Below, one piece after another: positions 9,250 through 21,000 of a DNA stretch of 64,000 nucleotides. Positions within the stretch are counted from its first letter, which is position 1. Every line of letters starts with the position of its first letter. Under the pieces are notes generated by a model. It did not search any database, was not told the DNA's origin, and was given only the letters and a program-made list of their open reading frames with translations. A program made the position numbers and the translations under genes. Source of the DNA: a virus; the IMG/VR virus record IMGVR_UViG_3300032322_001107, positions 1 through 64,000 of that record. The stretch is one strand, 5' to 3'.

Positions 9250-10119
9250 ATGCCTACTATTACTAACATATTCGGACTACCCCAGCCCTTTGTGGATTTG
9301 GTGAGCGAGTCCAGCTATTCGGCTGGCGAGGCTGATATCACAACCACCAGCCTATTCCAGCCCCCAAAGATTCGGGAGTTGATGAAGCGCCATGGAGACA
9401 AGGTTACTGAGGATGCTTCAGATCGCGTATGGACAATGCTTGGAACAGCCAACCACTACGTTCTGGAACAGATTGCCAAGCGCAACCCCGAACGCTACGT
9501 CTGCGAGGAGAGGTTCTATATGGATGTTGAAGGGGTGAAGCTTGGTGGCCAGATCGATCTCTATGACAAGCAGGAGCAAGTCCTTTATGACTATAAGGTA
9601 AGCGGCGTATACAAGGCTATGAGCGATGATCGCTTTGAGTGGACGGCGCAGGCGGCAGTCAATCGACTCCTACTGGAACACAACGGATATCCAGTAAAAC
9701 GCGCAGCCATCATCTTAGTAATGAAAGATTGGAGGATGCGGGACTCCAAGATCAAGGCCGACTATCCGAAGTGTGCAATTGTGGAAATCAAGCTGGATGC
9801 ATGGAAGCCTGAAGAAACGTTTGCATATATCAAAAGCCGCATTACACTCCATCAGCAAGCAAAAGACCTTTCCGATGACCAGATCCCGATCTGCACACCT
9901 GAAGAGCGGTGGGAAAAACCCACCATCTACGCCGTCCTCCCGAAAGAAGGAGCGAAACGTGCCGTTAATGGAGGGCTGTACGAATCTGAATCTGAGGCTA
10001 AAGAACACGCAAAAAGAATTTCTGGTGCCGTCGAGAGACGGGATGGGAGTTGTGCGCGGTGTTTGGACTACTGTCGAGTGCGCCAGTTCTGCCAATTCGG
10101 AAGAAATCTAAAAGTATGA
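9250..10119 (+). CDS. PD-(D/E)XK Cas4-like exonuclease
   Basis: GTANH, GQIDL and DYK motifs, plus a C-terminal Cys cluster (RCLDYCRVRQFC). Confidence 0.75.
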   Translation: MPTITNIFGLPQPFVDLVSESSYSAGEADITTTSLFQPPKIRELMKRHGDKVTEDASDRVWTMLGTANHYVLEQIAKRNPERYVCEERFYMDVEGVKLGGQIDLYDKQEQVLYDYKVSGVYKAMSDDRFEWTAQAAVNRLLLEHNGYPVKRAAIILVMKDWRMRDSKIKADYPKCAIVEIKLDAWKPEETFAYIKSRITLHQQAKDLSDDQIPICTPEERWEKPTIYAVLPKEGAKRAVNGGLYESESEAKEHAKRISGAVERRDGSCARCLDYCRVRQFCQFGRNLKV

Positions 10120-10817
10120 ACAAAGAAATAGTAGTCGCAGCACATAACGAAATTATTAATTGGATCCCAGAACACTGGAAAAATATAACTACCATTTATA
10201 GGTGTGGAGCCCCAGAAAACAACATCACTAATAAAATTCAAAACCGAAACAGACACCACGATCAAAATGACTTTTATGGGAAAATTGATCAACTGAGAGA
10301 ATTGTATTATTTATTTAAAGAAGTTACTGAAATATTCCAAGAAAACCCAACTTCATACGCACCCAACATTTTAACAAAAACAAAAAACACTGAAAATTGT
10401 CCTAAACTAAGGGAATCTAATCAATGGTTAAATCATATTACTTCTCGTTACAATTGTTTGGCAGATATAACATTCTTTTTACAAGGATGTCCGTTCGATC
10501 ATTGCAAAGAAATCATTGATTTGGTTGATTCAATTCAAAATGTTTCATTTTCATGTTTGCCGTATAAGGATGCTGGAAAAAACAATGAATCAATGGTTAA
10601 TAATTTTTGGGAAAAAATAAACGATGGAGTTGTTCCAGAAAAAGTTTGTTGGGCTGCTGGCGCACAATTTGTAGCACATAAAAAAACTATACTTTCAAAA
10701 CCAATAGAATGGTATAAAAAGATTCAACAAGAAGGACTTAAAACTGATAGAAGTGGGGAAATCCTTGAAAGAACTTGGTGGAATGTTTTAGGAGAACCAG
10801 AAATAACTAAACTATGA
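10116..10817 (+). CDS. DUF3431-like (glycosyltransferase-like) protein
   Basis: IVVAAHNE, RESNQWLNHI, FFLQGCPFDH, GAQFVAH and LERTW motifs. AT-rich insertion. Confidence 0.7.
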   Translation: MNKEIVVAAHNEIINWIPEHWKNITTIYRCGAPENNITNKIQNRNRHHDQNDFYGKIDQLRELYYLFKEVTEIFQENPTSYAPNILTKTKNTENCPKLRESNQWLNHITSRYNCLADITFFLQGCPFDHCKEIIDLVDSIQNVSFSCLPYKDAGKNNESMVNNFWEKINDGVVPEKVCWAAGAQFVAHKKTILSKPIEWYKKIQQEGLKTDRSGEILERTWWNVLGEPEITKL

Positions 10818-11050
10818 AAAAGAAATTCAGCAAAACAGTGACCAATCCCGATACGGGGCGTAAAAAAACTGTGAAATACGGAGAGAAGGGCAGCAAGATT
10901 GGCCCTATCGGTAGCCCCCGCGCCGATGCCTACTGCGCCCGTAGTAACAAAATCAAGGGTGATTGGCGAAGCGACCCAAACTCACCGAACAAACTTTCCC
11001 GCAAAAAATGGGGATGTAGCGGAAGCAAATCAGTTAAGAAAGGAAAATAA
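10814..11050 (+). CDS. Small basic phage protein (DUF6321-like)
   Basis: TVKYGEKG...RADAYCARS...SRKKWGC. Confidence 0.7.
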   Translation: MKKKFSKTVTNPDTGRKKTVKYGEKGSKIGPIGSPRADAYCARSNKIKGDWRSDPNSPNKLSRKKWGCSGSKSVKKGK

Positions 11051-11054
11051 TACT

Positions 11055-11192
11055 ATGAAGAAAAAAGGACTATACGATAATATCAACGCAAGAAAGAAGT
11101 CTGGCACTAGCCGCCCGAAATCCAAATCTACTATTGACCCCAAGGTCTACAAGAAGATGAAGAGCAAAAAGGGTGGGTTCAAAGAGAAATGA
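11055..11192 (+). CDS. Small Lys-rich phage protein
   Basis: Begins MKKKGLYDNINARKKSGTSRPKSKST at ATG 11055. Confidence 0.65.
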   Translation: MKKKGLYDNINARKKSGTSRPKSKSTIDPKVYKKMKSKKGGFKEK

Positions 11193-11416
11193 AACCACAC
11201 CCAGACGATAGTATCTTCAAGGTCAAAGATTTTATCAACGAACTCTCAAGGGTTCAGGATTCTTACTTTGAGTCATTGTGCTTTGAGCTTGGTTTAGATG
11301 GAGAAGATAAACTCCGAGATTATCTATTCGACTATATCTATAACGAAACGGAGATGATAACCTTCGGAGAATATCTAGACGAACTTGGTCAGGGAGATCT
11401 TTGGGACGGGCTGTGA
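11189..11416 (+). CDS. Acidic hypothetical protein
   Basis: 75 aa with an ATGA overlap to the upstream gene. Confidence 0.6.
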   Translation: MKPHPDDSIFKVKDFINELSRVQDSYFESLCFELGLDGEDKLRDYLFDYIYNETEMITFGEYLDELGQGDLWDGL

Positions 11417-12198
11417 CCCTAAACATCTTTACTATTATCCTTGATGGTTCTCCGTGGATCGGGGCGCAGTTTGCCGAACTCTGCCGATTAAAGGATACCG
11501 ACTGGCATTGGTCGATTGTTGAGGGGGCGGCGATGCCGCAGAAGGATACGGCTTGGATGGGGAACCAGACAGGGAAGGTCTCCCATGATGGCACTTATCA
11601 GTTCCTGCAAGCCTTGGCCACTCATCCCCGAATCACTGTTAATTCCAAAGCGGAATGGGGTGGGAAGACGGAGATGATCAATGCAGCGTTGACCGCATTT
11701 AAGAAAGATGGGGTTTTGCTTCAAATGGATAGTGATGAGTTGTGGACTGAGGAACAAATGCGGAGATTAATCGAGCTATTCGTCGCAAACCCCGAAGCAA
11801 ATACCGCTCAGTTTGAAATGGATTACATGCTTGGGCCCAACGTAATATCCACATCCACAGATGGTTATGGGAATAGAGCCAATGAGTGGATTCGGGCTTG
11901 GCGCTACAGTGTTGGACTCTGGATGGAGCGGCATGAACCACCGATCTTTAATGGAAATAGGGGCAAGCCACTGGATCGCAAGGCAACATCCTCAACAGTT
12001 GGCAGCATTCTCCACATGGCATGGGTGACCCCTCAACAGGTGGCTCAGAAACAACGTATATACAAAGGTGGATACGAGAACGCCTGCGAAGACTGGGACA
12101 GGTTGCAGAAGAATAGCGAGTGGCCTGTTAAGGATCTTAAACAGTTTTTGCCATGGGTAGGAATCGGGGCTTCGGCAGATTTACTTTTCAAGGAATAA
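11413..12198 (+). CDS. Glycosyltransferase family 2-like protein
   Basis: IFTIILDG, SHDGTYQFL, QMDSDELW and ILHMAW motifs. A GTG start overlaps the upstream stop. Confidence 0.7.
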   Translation: MTLNIFTIILDGSPWIGAQFAELCRLKDTDWHWSIVEGAAMPQKDTAWMGNQTGKVSHDGTYQFLQALATHPRITVNSKAEWGGKTEMINAALTAFKKDGVLLQMDSDELWTEEQMRRLIELFVANPEANTAQFEMDYMLGPNVISTSTDGYGNRANEWIRAWRYSVGLWMERHEPPIFNGNRGKPLDRKATSSTVGSILHMAWVTPQQVAQKQRIYKGGYENACEDWDRLQKNSEWPVKDLKQFLPWVGIGASADLLFKE

Positions 12199-12206
12199 TC
12201 TGCTAT

Positions 12207-12235
12207 TGACCTTCTAGAGAGAGCATGGTAACTTC
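12207..12235 (+). promoter_or_regulatory. Sigma70-like promoter for the ejection-protein operon
   Basis: TTGACC-17 bp-TAACTT with upstream TG, about 10 nt before ATG 12245. Confidence 0.5.
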
Positions 12236-12244
12236 GCGGGCAAA

Positions 12245-13219
12245 ATGTCCTCATTAAGTCTAGGTCTCGCTTGCGAGAGAATCCCCACATCAGTAAAACC
12301 AGTTGCCGATCCTCCCGATCTGGCGGGTTTTGATGCAGAGGCAGAACTCCGCAACAACATCAACCGCTTCTGTGAGCGGGTGCATTCGGAAGGGAAATGG
12401 GTCGGCACCTTGGTTCAGGCCATGATCACGGCCTACGAGGACGCCAACGACAACAAGTTTATTACATTACCCCGTCATCTGGAGACCTGTATTCGGGCTG
12501 GTAAGGCGGGATATAAGACTTCAGCAGTCCAGAGTGAGTGGTACCAGTATCTTCCTCAAGGGCGCGGCATCCGTAAGGCGGATGAGAAATACTATGGCCC
12601 GATTCAAGACATGGGCGAGGGGTTTGTAACCTTTCGGGACATTGAGACGCCGTCCCAACTTACCCTATCAAGCAGCGAAACAGAGTGTGCAGGAAGCTAT
12701 ATCTGGATTCGCGGAAAGGACTCAAATGGGAATAAAATTTATTCTACGGTGGATGGAGAACGAGTGGAGGGAATTCGTCTTGACCTTGGAGACGGAACCC
12801 AAACCACAGCCCAGACATTTGCGGAGATCTATTCTGTCGAGAAAACCCCTACAACGGGCGTTGTCTCTCTATCGGCTGGGGCAACTACCTTGGCGAAGTA
12901 TGAGGCGGGTGAGCGGGTAATTAGCTACCGCCGCTATCTGGTAGATCGCAATTGGGACGCCGTCCAAGGCATCTTCAAGCGCAAGCATTGTTGGGCTATT
13001 AGCGACAATGATCCGCTTTATCCTGATTCTCTGGAAGCTATTAAGCTGGGCCTCATGGCCCTGAACGCCGAAGAGAAGGCTGATGTTGAGCGCGGACAAT
13101 ATTACATGGACAGAGCAATTTTGCTTCTCAACGCAGAACTAAAAGAGTATAACGCAGGGCAAGAAGGGGTTATGCAAATCGCTCCTTGGCTTACCCGCCG
13201 ACTCGTAAACATGACTTAA
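12245..13219 (+). CDS. Probable virion structural protein (head-tail adaptor / tail tubular-like)
   Basis: Helical termini around a beta core. Its position before the ejection proteins supports the call by inference only. Confidence 0.45.
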   Translation: MSSLSLGLACERIPTSVKPVADPPDLAGFDAEAELRNNINRFCERVHSEGKWVGTLVQAMITAYEDANDNKFITLPRHLETCIRAGKAGYKTSAVQSEWYQYLPQGRGIRKADEKYYGPIQDMGEGFVTFRDIETPSQLTLSSSETECAGSYIWIRGKDSNGNKIYSTVDGERVEGIRLDLGDGTQTTAQTFAEIYSVEKTPTTGVVSLSAGATTLAKYEAGERVISYRRYLVDRNWDAVQGIFKRKHCWAISDNDPLYPDSLEAIKLGLMALNAEEKADVERGQYYMDRAILLLNAELKEYNAGQEGVMQIAPWLTRRLVNMT

Positions 13220-13220
13220 T

Positions 13221-14066
13221 ATGACTGAAGAAGAACGCAGGAGAATGGCCTCTAGTGCCGTTCCTAAATTTCCAGAAGGACAGCCAACCGCATCTGTTCG
13301 CGATTGGTCTCAAAACCCCGCAGTTGCGGCAGCAATGAAAACTGGAAATGTTGCTGATATTGAAAAAGCCACAATGGCCGCAAGAGATGCGTTTCGCGCT
13401 GGAGGAACGTGGGCAGAGGGTGCAAGACAGGTTCCGCTAAATCCCACACCAGCATTGCAGCAAAGAACCCCAGAACAGCAACAAGATTTGTTGGCACAAA
13501 TGAGAGAACGTGGTGCGGCTATTGGCCAACGACTTGAACAAGAATCAATTCAACGTGGATATGCATTCCGTCAGGGATTGGCAGAGTCAGAAACACAGCG
13601 AGCTTTGACTCCTTCTTTTGGATCAACTGTTGGTCGCGAAGGAATTATGCGTGGAGCGCAAGCTACGGCTGAAGCCGAGCGATGGAGGTTGGCTCAAGCT
13701 GGTCGCGCCCCCATGAGTCAGGAACCAATTTCTGCTATGGGTCTTCAGTTTCGTCGCGGATCTATGGGGCAATATACTCCAGTTCGTGGACTTGGTGGCG
13801 GGCCGCAGCCACAACAAGGCATGGCAACAGCGCCTACAACACCATCTACTCCAACTGCAAGTCTTGCTCCAATAATTCCTGAAAGATCATTGGGATTGAC
13901 GGCTGAAAGCCCGCTTGCATTTACTCCGTTTGGAAGAACTATCGGTGAGTCGGCGTTCAGGACTCCAGAAATTCCCCCAGTTGTTAGATCTCCGCTTCCT
14001 AGAAATATTGCATCATCGATTAGATCTCCTCTTGGTGTTCCTAGATTTCCTTATTTGACGGCTTAA
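13221..14066 (+). CDS. Probable internal virion (ejection) protein
   Basis: A/Q/R/P-rich low-complexity sequence, upstream of the giant gene. Confidence 0.5.
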   Translation: MTEEERRRMASSAVPKFPEGQPTASVRDWSQNPAVAAAMKTGNVADIEKATMAARDAFRAGGTWAEGARQVPLNPTPALQQRTPEQQQDLLAQMRERGAAIGQRLEQESIQRGYAFRQGLAESETQRALTPSFGSTVGREGIMRGAQATAEAERWRLAQAGRAPMSQEPISAMGLQFRRGSMGQYTPVRGLGGGPQPQQGMATAPTTPSTPTASLAPIIPERSLGLTAESPLAFTPFGRTIGESAFRTPEIPPVVRSPLPRNIASSIRSPLGVPRFPYLTA

Positions 14067-14069
14067 TTT

Positions 14070-15032
14070 ATGGCTGAACCAATTCAATTTCCGCAGTCTG
14101 GACAAGGAGCCATATTAACTCCTTCAACCTTGGTTTCTCCCGATTTGCCAGAAGAGTGGGGTGGGCGACCCGCAGGAACATCCCGTAGAGCCATCCGAAT
14201 GCAAGAAGATTGGGATAAGCGCAGAGCCGCAATGCTAGAAGAGCAGCAAACCTCACAACAGATGGATGCACAGCGCAGGCAATTAGCTCTTCAAGAGCGG
14301 GATCAATTTATTCAAGATTCAGAATACAATCGCAAACTAAAAGAATACGAAGCGGAACAAGATATCAGGGGGCAGGCAGAAATGGAATCAAACAACATCC
14401 TTGATTGGCTAGGAGGCCGCGCTGTTGATAATCAAGGAAATCCCATTGCCAAACCAGACCCCAAAACTCCAGAATTTCAAACTGAATTTCTTCGCAGGCT
14501 TTCTGAAAATCCCCTTGGTGCAGAATTGAATAAGGGAATTGTAGATCAATACATGGGCGCTAACAAAACCTATTTGGACGCCCAGCAAACCAAGCAAAGA
14601 GAAGAAGCCGCACTTCTGCGTGAAGAGAGGATGCTTGGTCGCCAATTGGCAGCAGAAGAAAGGGCCAAGGGCAGACAAATTGAAGCAGAAGAGAGGGCGC
14701 AAACACGCGCAGAAAAAAAAGCGGAAGAGTCACAAATAATTGGAATAGATAAGGATATTCGCAGAGAAGAGCTTGCATTGGAAGATGTTGCGGCAAATCT
14801 TGGATTACAACGAGATCAGTCTGGAAGATTTAATATTGGCGGGCTTTCTGATACTCAGAAAAAAACATTTAGGGCGGCTGAGAATCGCGTTAGACTTTTG
14901 GAGCAAGACAGGGCACAATTGCAGGGATTTATGTTTGATACAGAGGCAGATGCCCAAGCGGCAATTGAGGCCAAAACAGTTCCCAAGGGAGCTATTATAT
15001 TTATTAATGGCAAAAAAGCTATCAACCGATAA
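14070..15032 (+). CDS. Probable internal virion (ejection) protein, coiled-coil
   Basis: E/Q/R-rich helical protein whose stop overlaps the next start (TAATG). Confidence 0.55.
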   Translation: MAEPIQFPQSGQGAILTPSTLVSPDLPEEWGGRPAGTSRRAIRMQEDWDKRRAAMLEEQQTSQQMDAQRRQLALQERDQFIQDSEYNRKLKEYEAEQDIRGQAEMESNNILDWLGGRAVDNQGNPIAKPDPKTPEFQTEFLRRLSENPLGAELNKGIVDQYMGANKTYLDAQQTKQREEAALLREERMLGRQLAAEERAKGRQIEAEERAQTRAEKKAEESQIIGIDKDIRREELALEDVAANLGLQRDQSGRFNIGGLSDTQKKTFRAAENRVRLLEQDRAQLQGFMFDTEADAQAAIEAKTVPKGAIIFINGKKAINR

Positions 15033-18000
15033 TGCCGATAGAATATCTAGATGATATCGAAGAGGATATTACAGAAGCGGCGGACACTACTCCTGTAGAG
15101 CAACCGCCCGTGGCTGGCATTTCTGAGCCAGTCGCACCAGAACCCTCTGGAGAGTTTGGCGGAAGGATTGAATACATCGAAGAAGAGCCTCTAGAAATAG
15201 AGCCTCCAAGAGATAATAGCTGGGACACACTCCGAGGTTTTGAGGTTTCGATGCGGCAAGTTCCGCAGTTGGCTTACGGGGTTGCGGGGTTGGTCGGTGA
15301 AACCGCAGAACAGCTTACAGGTTACGGAGAAAGTCTTCGGGATTTTGGATTCAAGGGATACCAAGATTGGGCGCAAAGCATGGAGCCAATCTCCAAGGAA
15401 ACTGACGATGTTACGGTGGCTTGGCAACGCGCAAAAGAAGGAGATGTTGGGGCTTTGGTGGATTGGGCACAATATGGAATTGGCTACGCTCTTGGACAGC
15501 TTGGAGAGACGGCGGCGGTTGCTGTATTGGGCGGGGTCGCTGGTGGTGCAGCGGGTGCGGCTGGTGGCCCAACAGCCGTTCCAGCGGCGGCGGGTGGCGC
15601 AGTAGCAGCGGCGGCTGGAAAACAAGGATTCAAGGCTCTTGCCCAAAATCTTGTTGAGAAGGCCATTGCCAATCAGGCAACCAAGATTGTCACCAAACAA
15701 GCCCAAAAAGAAGGCGTTGAACTAACCGCCGAGCAATTAGCCAAACGTGCATCCCAAGAAGCCGTTAAGCGTCAGGCTGGAAAAGAGATTGGATCAAATG
15801 CCGCCATTTTTGCCAATGCTGTCGGTATGCAACTTGGTTCTATTTACGGATCTGCCGAGGAACAGGCGCGAGCAGAGGGACGGGAACTTACGGGAGTTGA
15901 CTTGGCTCGCATATGGGGAACTGGCGTTGCCACTGGCGGTATAGAAGGCGTTGTTGATAAATTTGGTTTGGATCTTTTGAAGGGCAAGCTTTCGGACAAA
16001 CTTCCTGCTGGCAGGTTGGCTGGAGCAGCGGTGGCTGGCGGTATCGGAACTGTTGGTGAGGCGGCAACCGAAGCCGTTCAAACCGTTGGAGAGCGTTTTG
16101 GTGCAGGAAAAGATATCCTTAGTGATGAGGCTATCAATGAATACATCAATGCTTCCGCCTTGGGAGGTTTGGGTGGCGGGGCTATTGGTGGAGTTGGTGG
16201 ATTTATCTCTGGCAACCCCAAGGAAAACGCCGCAGCCAAAGCCAAAGTATCCTCTGAGGCAAATAAAGAGATTGCTCCCGCAAGCGCCGAAACCGTAGCC
16301 CGACAAGCCGATGCCGTCATTGCTGAGACAGTTCAAGAAACCCCCGAACAGCGAGTGGCCCGTCTCCAAGAAGAAGCTACCGCAGCAGCAGGAATAGAAC
16401 TAGAAGAAGAAGCTCCTGTTTCGGGGTTGCCCCCACAACCCGTCACCACGCCCGTAGAACCCACAGCAGAAGGCGAGGTAGCCCCTGTAGAGCCAGTAGT
16501 TGAGCCAGCAGTAGCAGAGCCGCAGCCTGTCGCAGAAGTCGCGCCAGCAGACCAGCCATCGCCAAATCTTGCGCCCCGCGCCGAAGCAGCAGTGGAGGCA
16601 CGGCCAGTCCGCCAAGAGGGCGAACCTATTGGAGACTTTCGCAATCGGAAGGATGCATGGGATGAACAATATGGCACAGATCGTCGCGGCGGGCGAACCC
16701 ACAATGATGATGGAACTCCGTATCAGCCAACCGTTTTTGACGAAACAATATCACAGGTAAATGCGTCTGGTGTCATTGGCACAGATGAGGATGCGATGTC
16801 TGCCGCTATTGGAACAAGATCCGAACTGGAGGCTGGCAATGCCGTCAAGGATCTTGTGAATGCTGGATGGGTGTGGGATGCGGCACAAAACCGCATGGTC
16901 AACCCACAAAATCCCGAACAAAGACCCAGCGATGGACTCGTAGAAGCTAGGCAGGCACCAGCCCCTGTAACGCCAACTGCCCCCGCAGTGACTCCTCCCG
17001 CCGAGGTGGCTCCTGTTCCACAATTAGCACCAATAGAAGTAGAACCGCAAGTTGCCGCACAAAAAGCTATCGATGCCTCTAGACTTTCTGGAAGCACATT
17101 AGGCATGGACAGGGCCAATCAAGGAGTCGAACAGGCAAGAGAGGTTGCTTATGATGCGAAGAGAGAAGCATCACTTCCAAAAACACCGATTGATATTGCA
17201 ATTCAAACATGGGAGGTGGCTGGTAATGAAACAAAATATGGAGAACCAAAATTTGCTTCTGGGGAGTTGGGCTTTGCTGTTTCAGGTGGGTACGATAAAT
17301 CCACAAATGAAGTAAAACTTAGTAACAACCCAAGAGAATTTAGCTCCACTTCTGGAGACTCAGCGTTGACCCCAAGATCTGTTGTGCGCCACGAACTTGG
17401 ACATTGGGCATTGTTTAATGCGGCAGACAACGACTTGGTTCGTCGCCTGTTTGAGTGGGCTGACACCGCTGACAAAACTGGAATACTTAATCCTTGGCAT
17501 GGAGGAAAAGCTGGAGTTGCTTATCCTAAAACAAAATTCGATTCACGCGATGAATTGGTTTCTGAAGCATATTCCATATGGAAATCTGGAGGGAGTGTTC
17601 CAAATAATGTTATCCCGCTCTTACAGGATCTGGACGCACTTATTCCAACCAATCTTCAAAATGAGGCATTGCAATTTGCAGATTCTCATTCAGAAAAACT
17701 TGGTGAACGCCCATCTGCTTCTCAGGTATTAAACGCGGATCGTCTACGCCGAGTAGTAAGAGCAGAACAAGCCCCAGAAGACGTTCCTTCCTTGGTGGAT
17801 GCGGGGTTGGTCGAGGTGTATAAAGATCAACCAGTGCTTACCGAGGCAGGGATTGCCCAGTTGCCCGAAGCAGAACGCCCAAGGCTGAACCCCGAAGCCC
17901 GAAAGATCCAGATCGACACAGGATCAAACGAAGTAGTAGCCGAAGCCATCGCGAAAAATCTTCGTATCGGGGTCGATCAGGTTGGAACTGGTGTGCGTAT

Positions 18001-21000
18001 GCCCGCAGGCTGGACTCTGGTAGAGGATATCTATGTGCCGCCAGCCCCGCAGGAAGTTGTCCCAGAAGCGCCTGTTGCGCCAAAAGTTGAGCCAGAAGCC
18101 ACTGAAGAAGAGCCAGCCAAAGTAGATCCTATCGACACGTTTAAGGGTGGTATTCGGGATTCGGGATTTAAATATCTAACATATTCAGATTTCAGAAGGG
18201 AAAACAAAACCCAAGACTGGGAAAAAGAAGGTGGGGTAACAATAGACGAAAGCTACTATCCTACGGCAGTTGTTGGCGATACCAGAGTAGCATTCGGAAC
18301 CAACGGACTCTATGTATTCAAAAATCAAGTAAAAGAGCTTTACGAGTCCGATGTTGATGAAAACGGAAACACAATATTTACCATCCAGAGAATCGTTACC
18401 CCTGAAGACAAGCGTGGACAGGGGAGTGCGAGTAAGGCGCTGACCCAGATCACAGATGCGGCGGACAAGGCTGGCCTAACACTCCAGCTTCAGCCCGCAG
18501 TAATCAGCACACTTGTCGGCAAAGGCGGCAAGGCTCTCAACGCAAAGCAACTTGTGGATTGGTATAAACGAAATGGATTTGTCCAGAAGTTTGATGGCAG
18601 CGATGCCGTCCTTATCAGAAAACCAGTGACTTCAGCGGTTCCAGAGGTGATTCCGCCAAGACCAGCAGATGTGGAGCCAGAACCCGCCGCAGAACAAGAG
18701 CTTCAATCCGTTGTCGATAAGTATCAAACATCCGAACCAACCGCTAGGATGATACTTGCCAACCTTAATTTTGAAGCCAAAGAGGCTGGAGTTATTCCAG
18801 ACGGGTGGGTTGTTGAAACAATAGGTGGTATAAAGACGGCACTTTCTCCCGTGTTTCAAAAAACAAGACGGGACATTCAAGTTGCAATTAGAAAATTTAC
18901 AATACGTGAAAGAGGTGCATTGAGTGCTAGATTTTTCAAGGAAGGATGGATTAATGAAGACCAAAGCAAGGAATATCTCCGTGAAGCAATTAGCCAAAGC
19001 TCTCAAGAGCGGGTCACAGCCGCCGAAGCCGAGGCGAACGAGAGATTCGACGCTCTTGTTGAAAGAATTGTCGGAGAAAACAGAGCAAACATTTCAAGTG
19101 TTGTCGGAGAAGTATCAAAGCCGACAATTGATCTTGAGGCAGAAGAACAAGCCAGAGCAGAAAAGCCATCAGTATCTCCATCAGAAGTATTAGATCCGAA
19201 TGAAATAGAGTTCATGTCGGCAAGACAGGCTTTGAAAAAGCTTGCCGAATCCAATGTGATTAGTTTCAGCGATAGTGGAGCCAGCGGAAAAGCGCGGTGG
19301 AGATATACTGGAAAAATGGTAAAGCCTCAATATGTGAGGCTTCAAGAAGCGGCCTCTGTTCTTGCAAAAACTAATCTTCGCACCCTTGATGCCGAAAGAA
19401 TAAACATCAGTGGAGATAAAAGCGGGAGAGCAAACAGAGCCTACGCTGGAGATATATTTATACCAAGAACAGAGGGCAGTGATAGACGCACTGCATATCT
19501 TGAACCATGGGTTTTGTTGCATGAGGTTGGGCACACCCTTACGTCTGATGCATTTCAGAAATATGTTCCAGATAAGGGATTGATTGGTGCTGATTATTAC
19601 AAACAGCTTAAAGACACACTAAAGAACAAGAAGGTTCCAAGAGAAGTAAGGCGGGCTATCACGCTTTACATAGACACAATCAAAGCACTTGGATTTGAAA
19701 AAGAATATTTCAAAAAGGGAGGACTTGCCAGCAACAACGCTGATCGCGGATTGAGGAACGCAGCAGCAAGAACGTCAAATAAATTAATCAATCCGTTTAC
19801 TGGAAATGAAATAACACGGGATGACATGTATGCGCTTGCCGACATGCATGAGTTTTACGCGCAAGCTTGGAATAGCGAGTCCTTCCAAGACATTCTCAAG
19901 CAGATCAAGGTTGAGCCACAAAGAAGTGCATTCCAAAAGTTTGTAGAGATCGTCAAAGACATTTTTGGATTTGAGTCGGACACAATGGCATATGCCGTGA
20001 TCGATACCTCTCTCAGACTTGCCTCGCTTGAAGCACCAACAGACACTGGAGCTACTATTGAAAGCAGGATTAAAACGCAAAAAGAATTTCGCGCCGTCAA
20101 GGAGTTGCCGCGAACAAAAATGCGTTGGACGAATTTTGGCAACGGAAAATACGGAGGAGACCGAGTCAAAATGTCCAGAAACAAGTTTGTAAAACTTGGA
20201 TATGATATGGCCCATTTTACAATCACCAAAGGATACAAGGGTGTTTTCGGCGGTGGTGGTAATCAATGGTCTGTGCGTGTTTCCATAGAAGAGTTTTACA
20301 GCAAGGGTAAAAAAGCTAACCAGCTTTTGCCGCAGACTGAAATTTTTGTAAGGACATTTGATAGCAAGGCCACAGCCGAAGAATTTGCTGAAAGGCTTGC
20401 GTCTGATGTCAATGGGATGGTTAATGAAAAATACGGAGCCTTGAAGAAAGGGGCACCACAACCACCGACTACTCGCGGAAAGCCCGCTCCAAGACCAAGA
20501 TTTGCCCCCGCCCCCGAAGTAAGAGAATCCCGCAGAGAAGACGCCATCCCCACCTTCTCCGAGGGAAGCCCCGAAGCCACAACCCTTTCTACTATGGCAG
20601 CAGCAATGGCCAAAGTGGATGGCGCATCCGAGGCCAAGCCAAACCCCGAAAACAAACCCACCTACAAGATCAGCGAGATAGCCTCCGTCTGGATGGATCA
20701 GGGTGGAGATGTTCGCCAACTCCAAGACCTTATCTCAGAGAATACCAATCTTACCCCAACCAATGCAGCGAAGGTGGCCAATGCCATTGCCAAGCAATAC
20801 GATATCCAGCAGTCCATTGCTACGGCCTTCATCGAAACCCAAACGGGATTGTCTGTTGAGGCACTACCCGAAGGTGTAACCCTTCCCAAGGAGGTTGACC
20901 CTGATCGTCCGCGCCCCGTCATGCAACGCCTTTTTGATGTATTTATGGGTGTGCGCGTTAAACCAGTTAAGATTACTGGTGATGAAAAGGCATTGCTTAA

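Noticed and set aside
9250-10119. Cas4-like nuclease as evidence of CRISPR-Cas
   Set aside because: There is no repeat-spacer array and no other cas gene. Solo Cas4-like exonucleases are common in phages.
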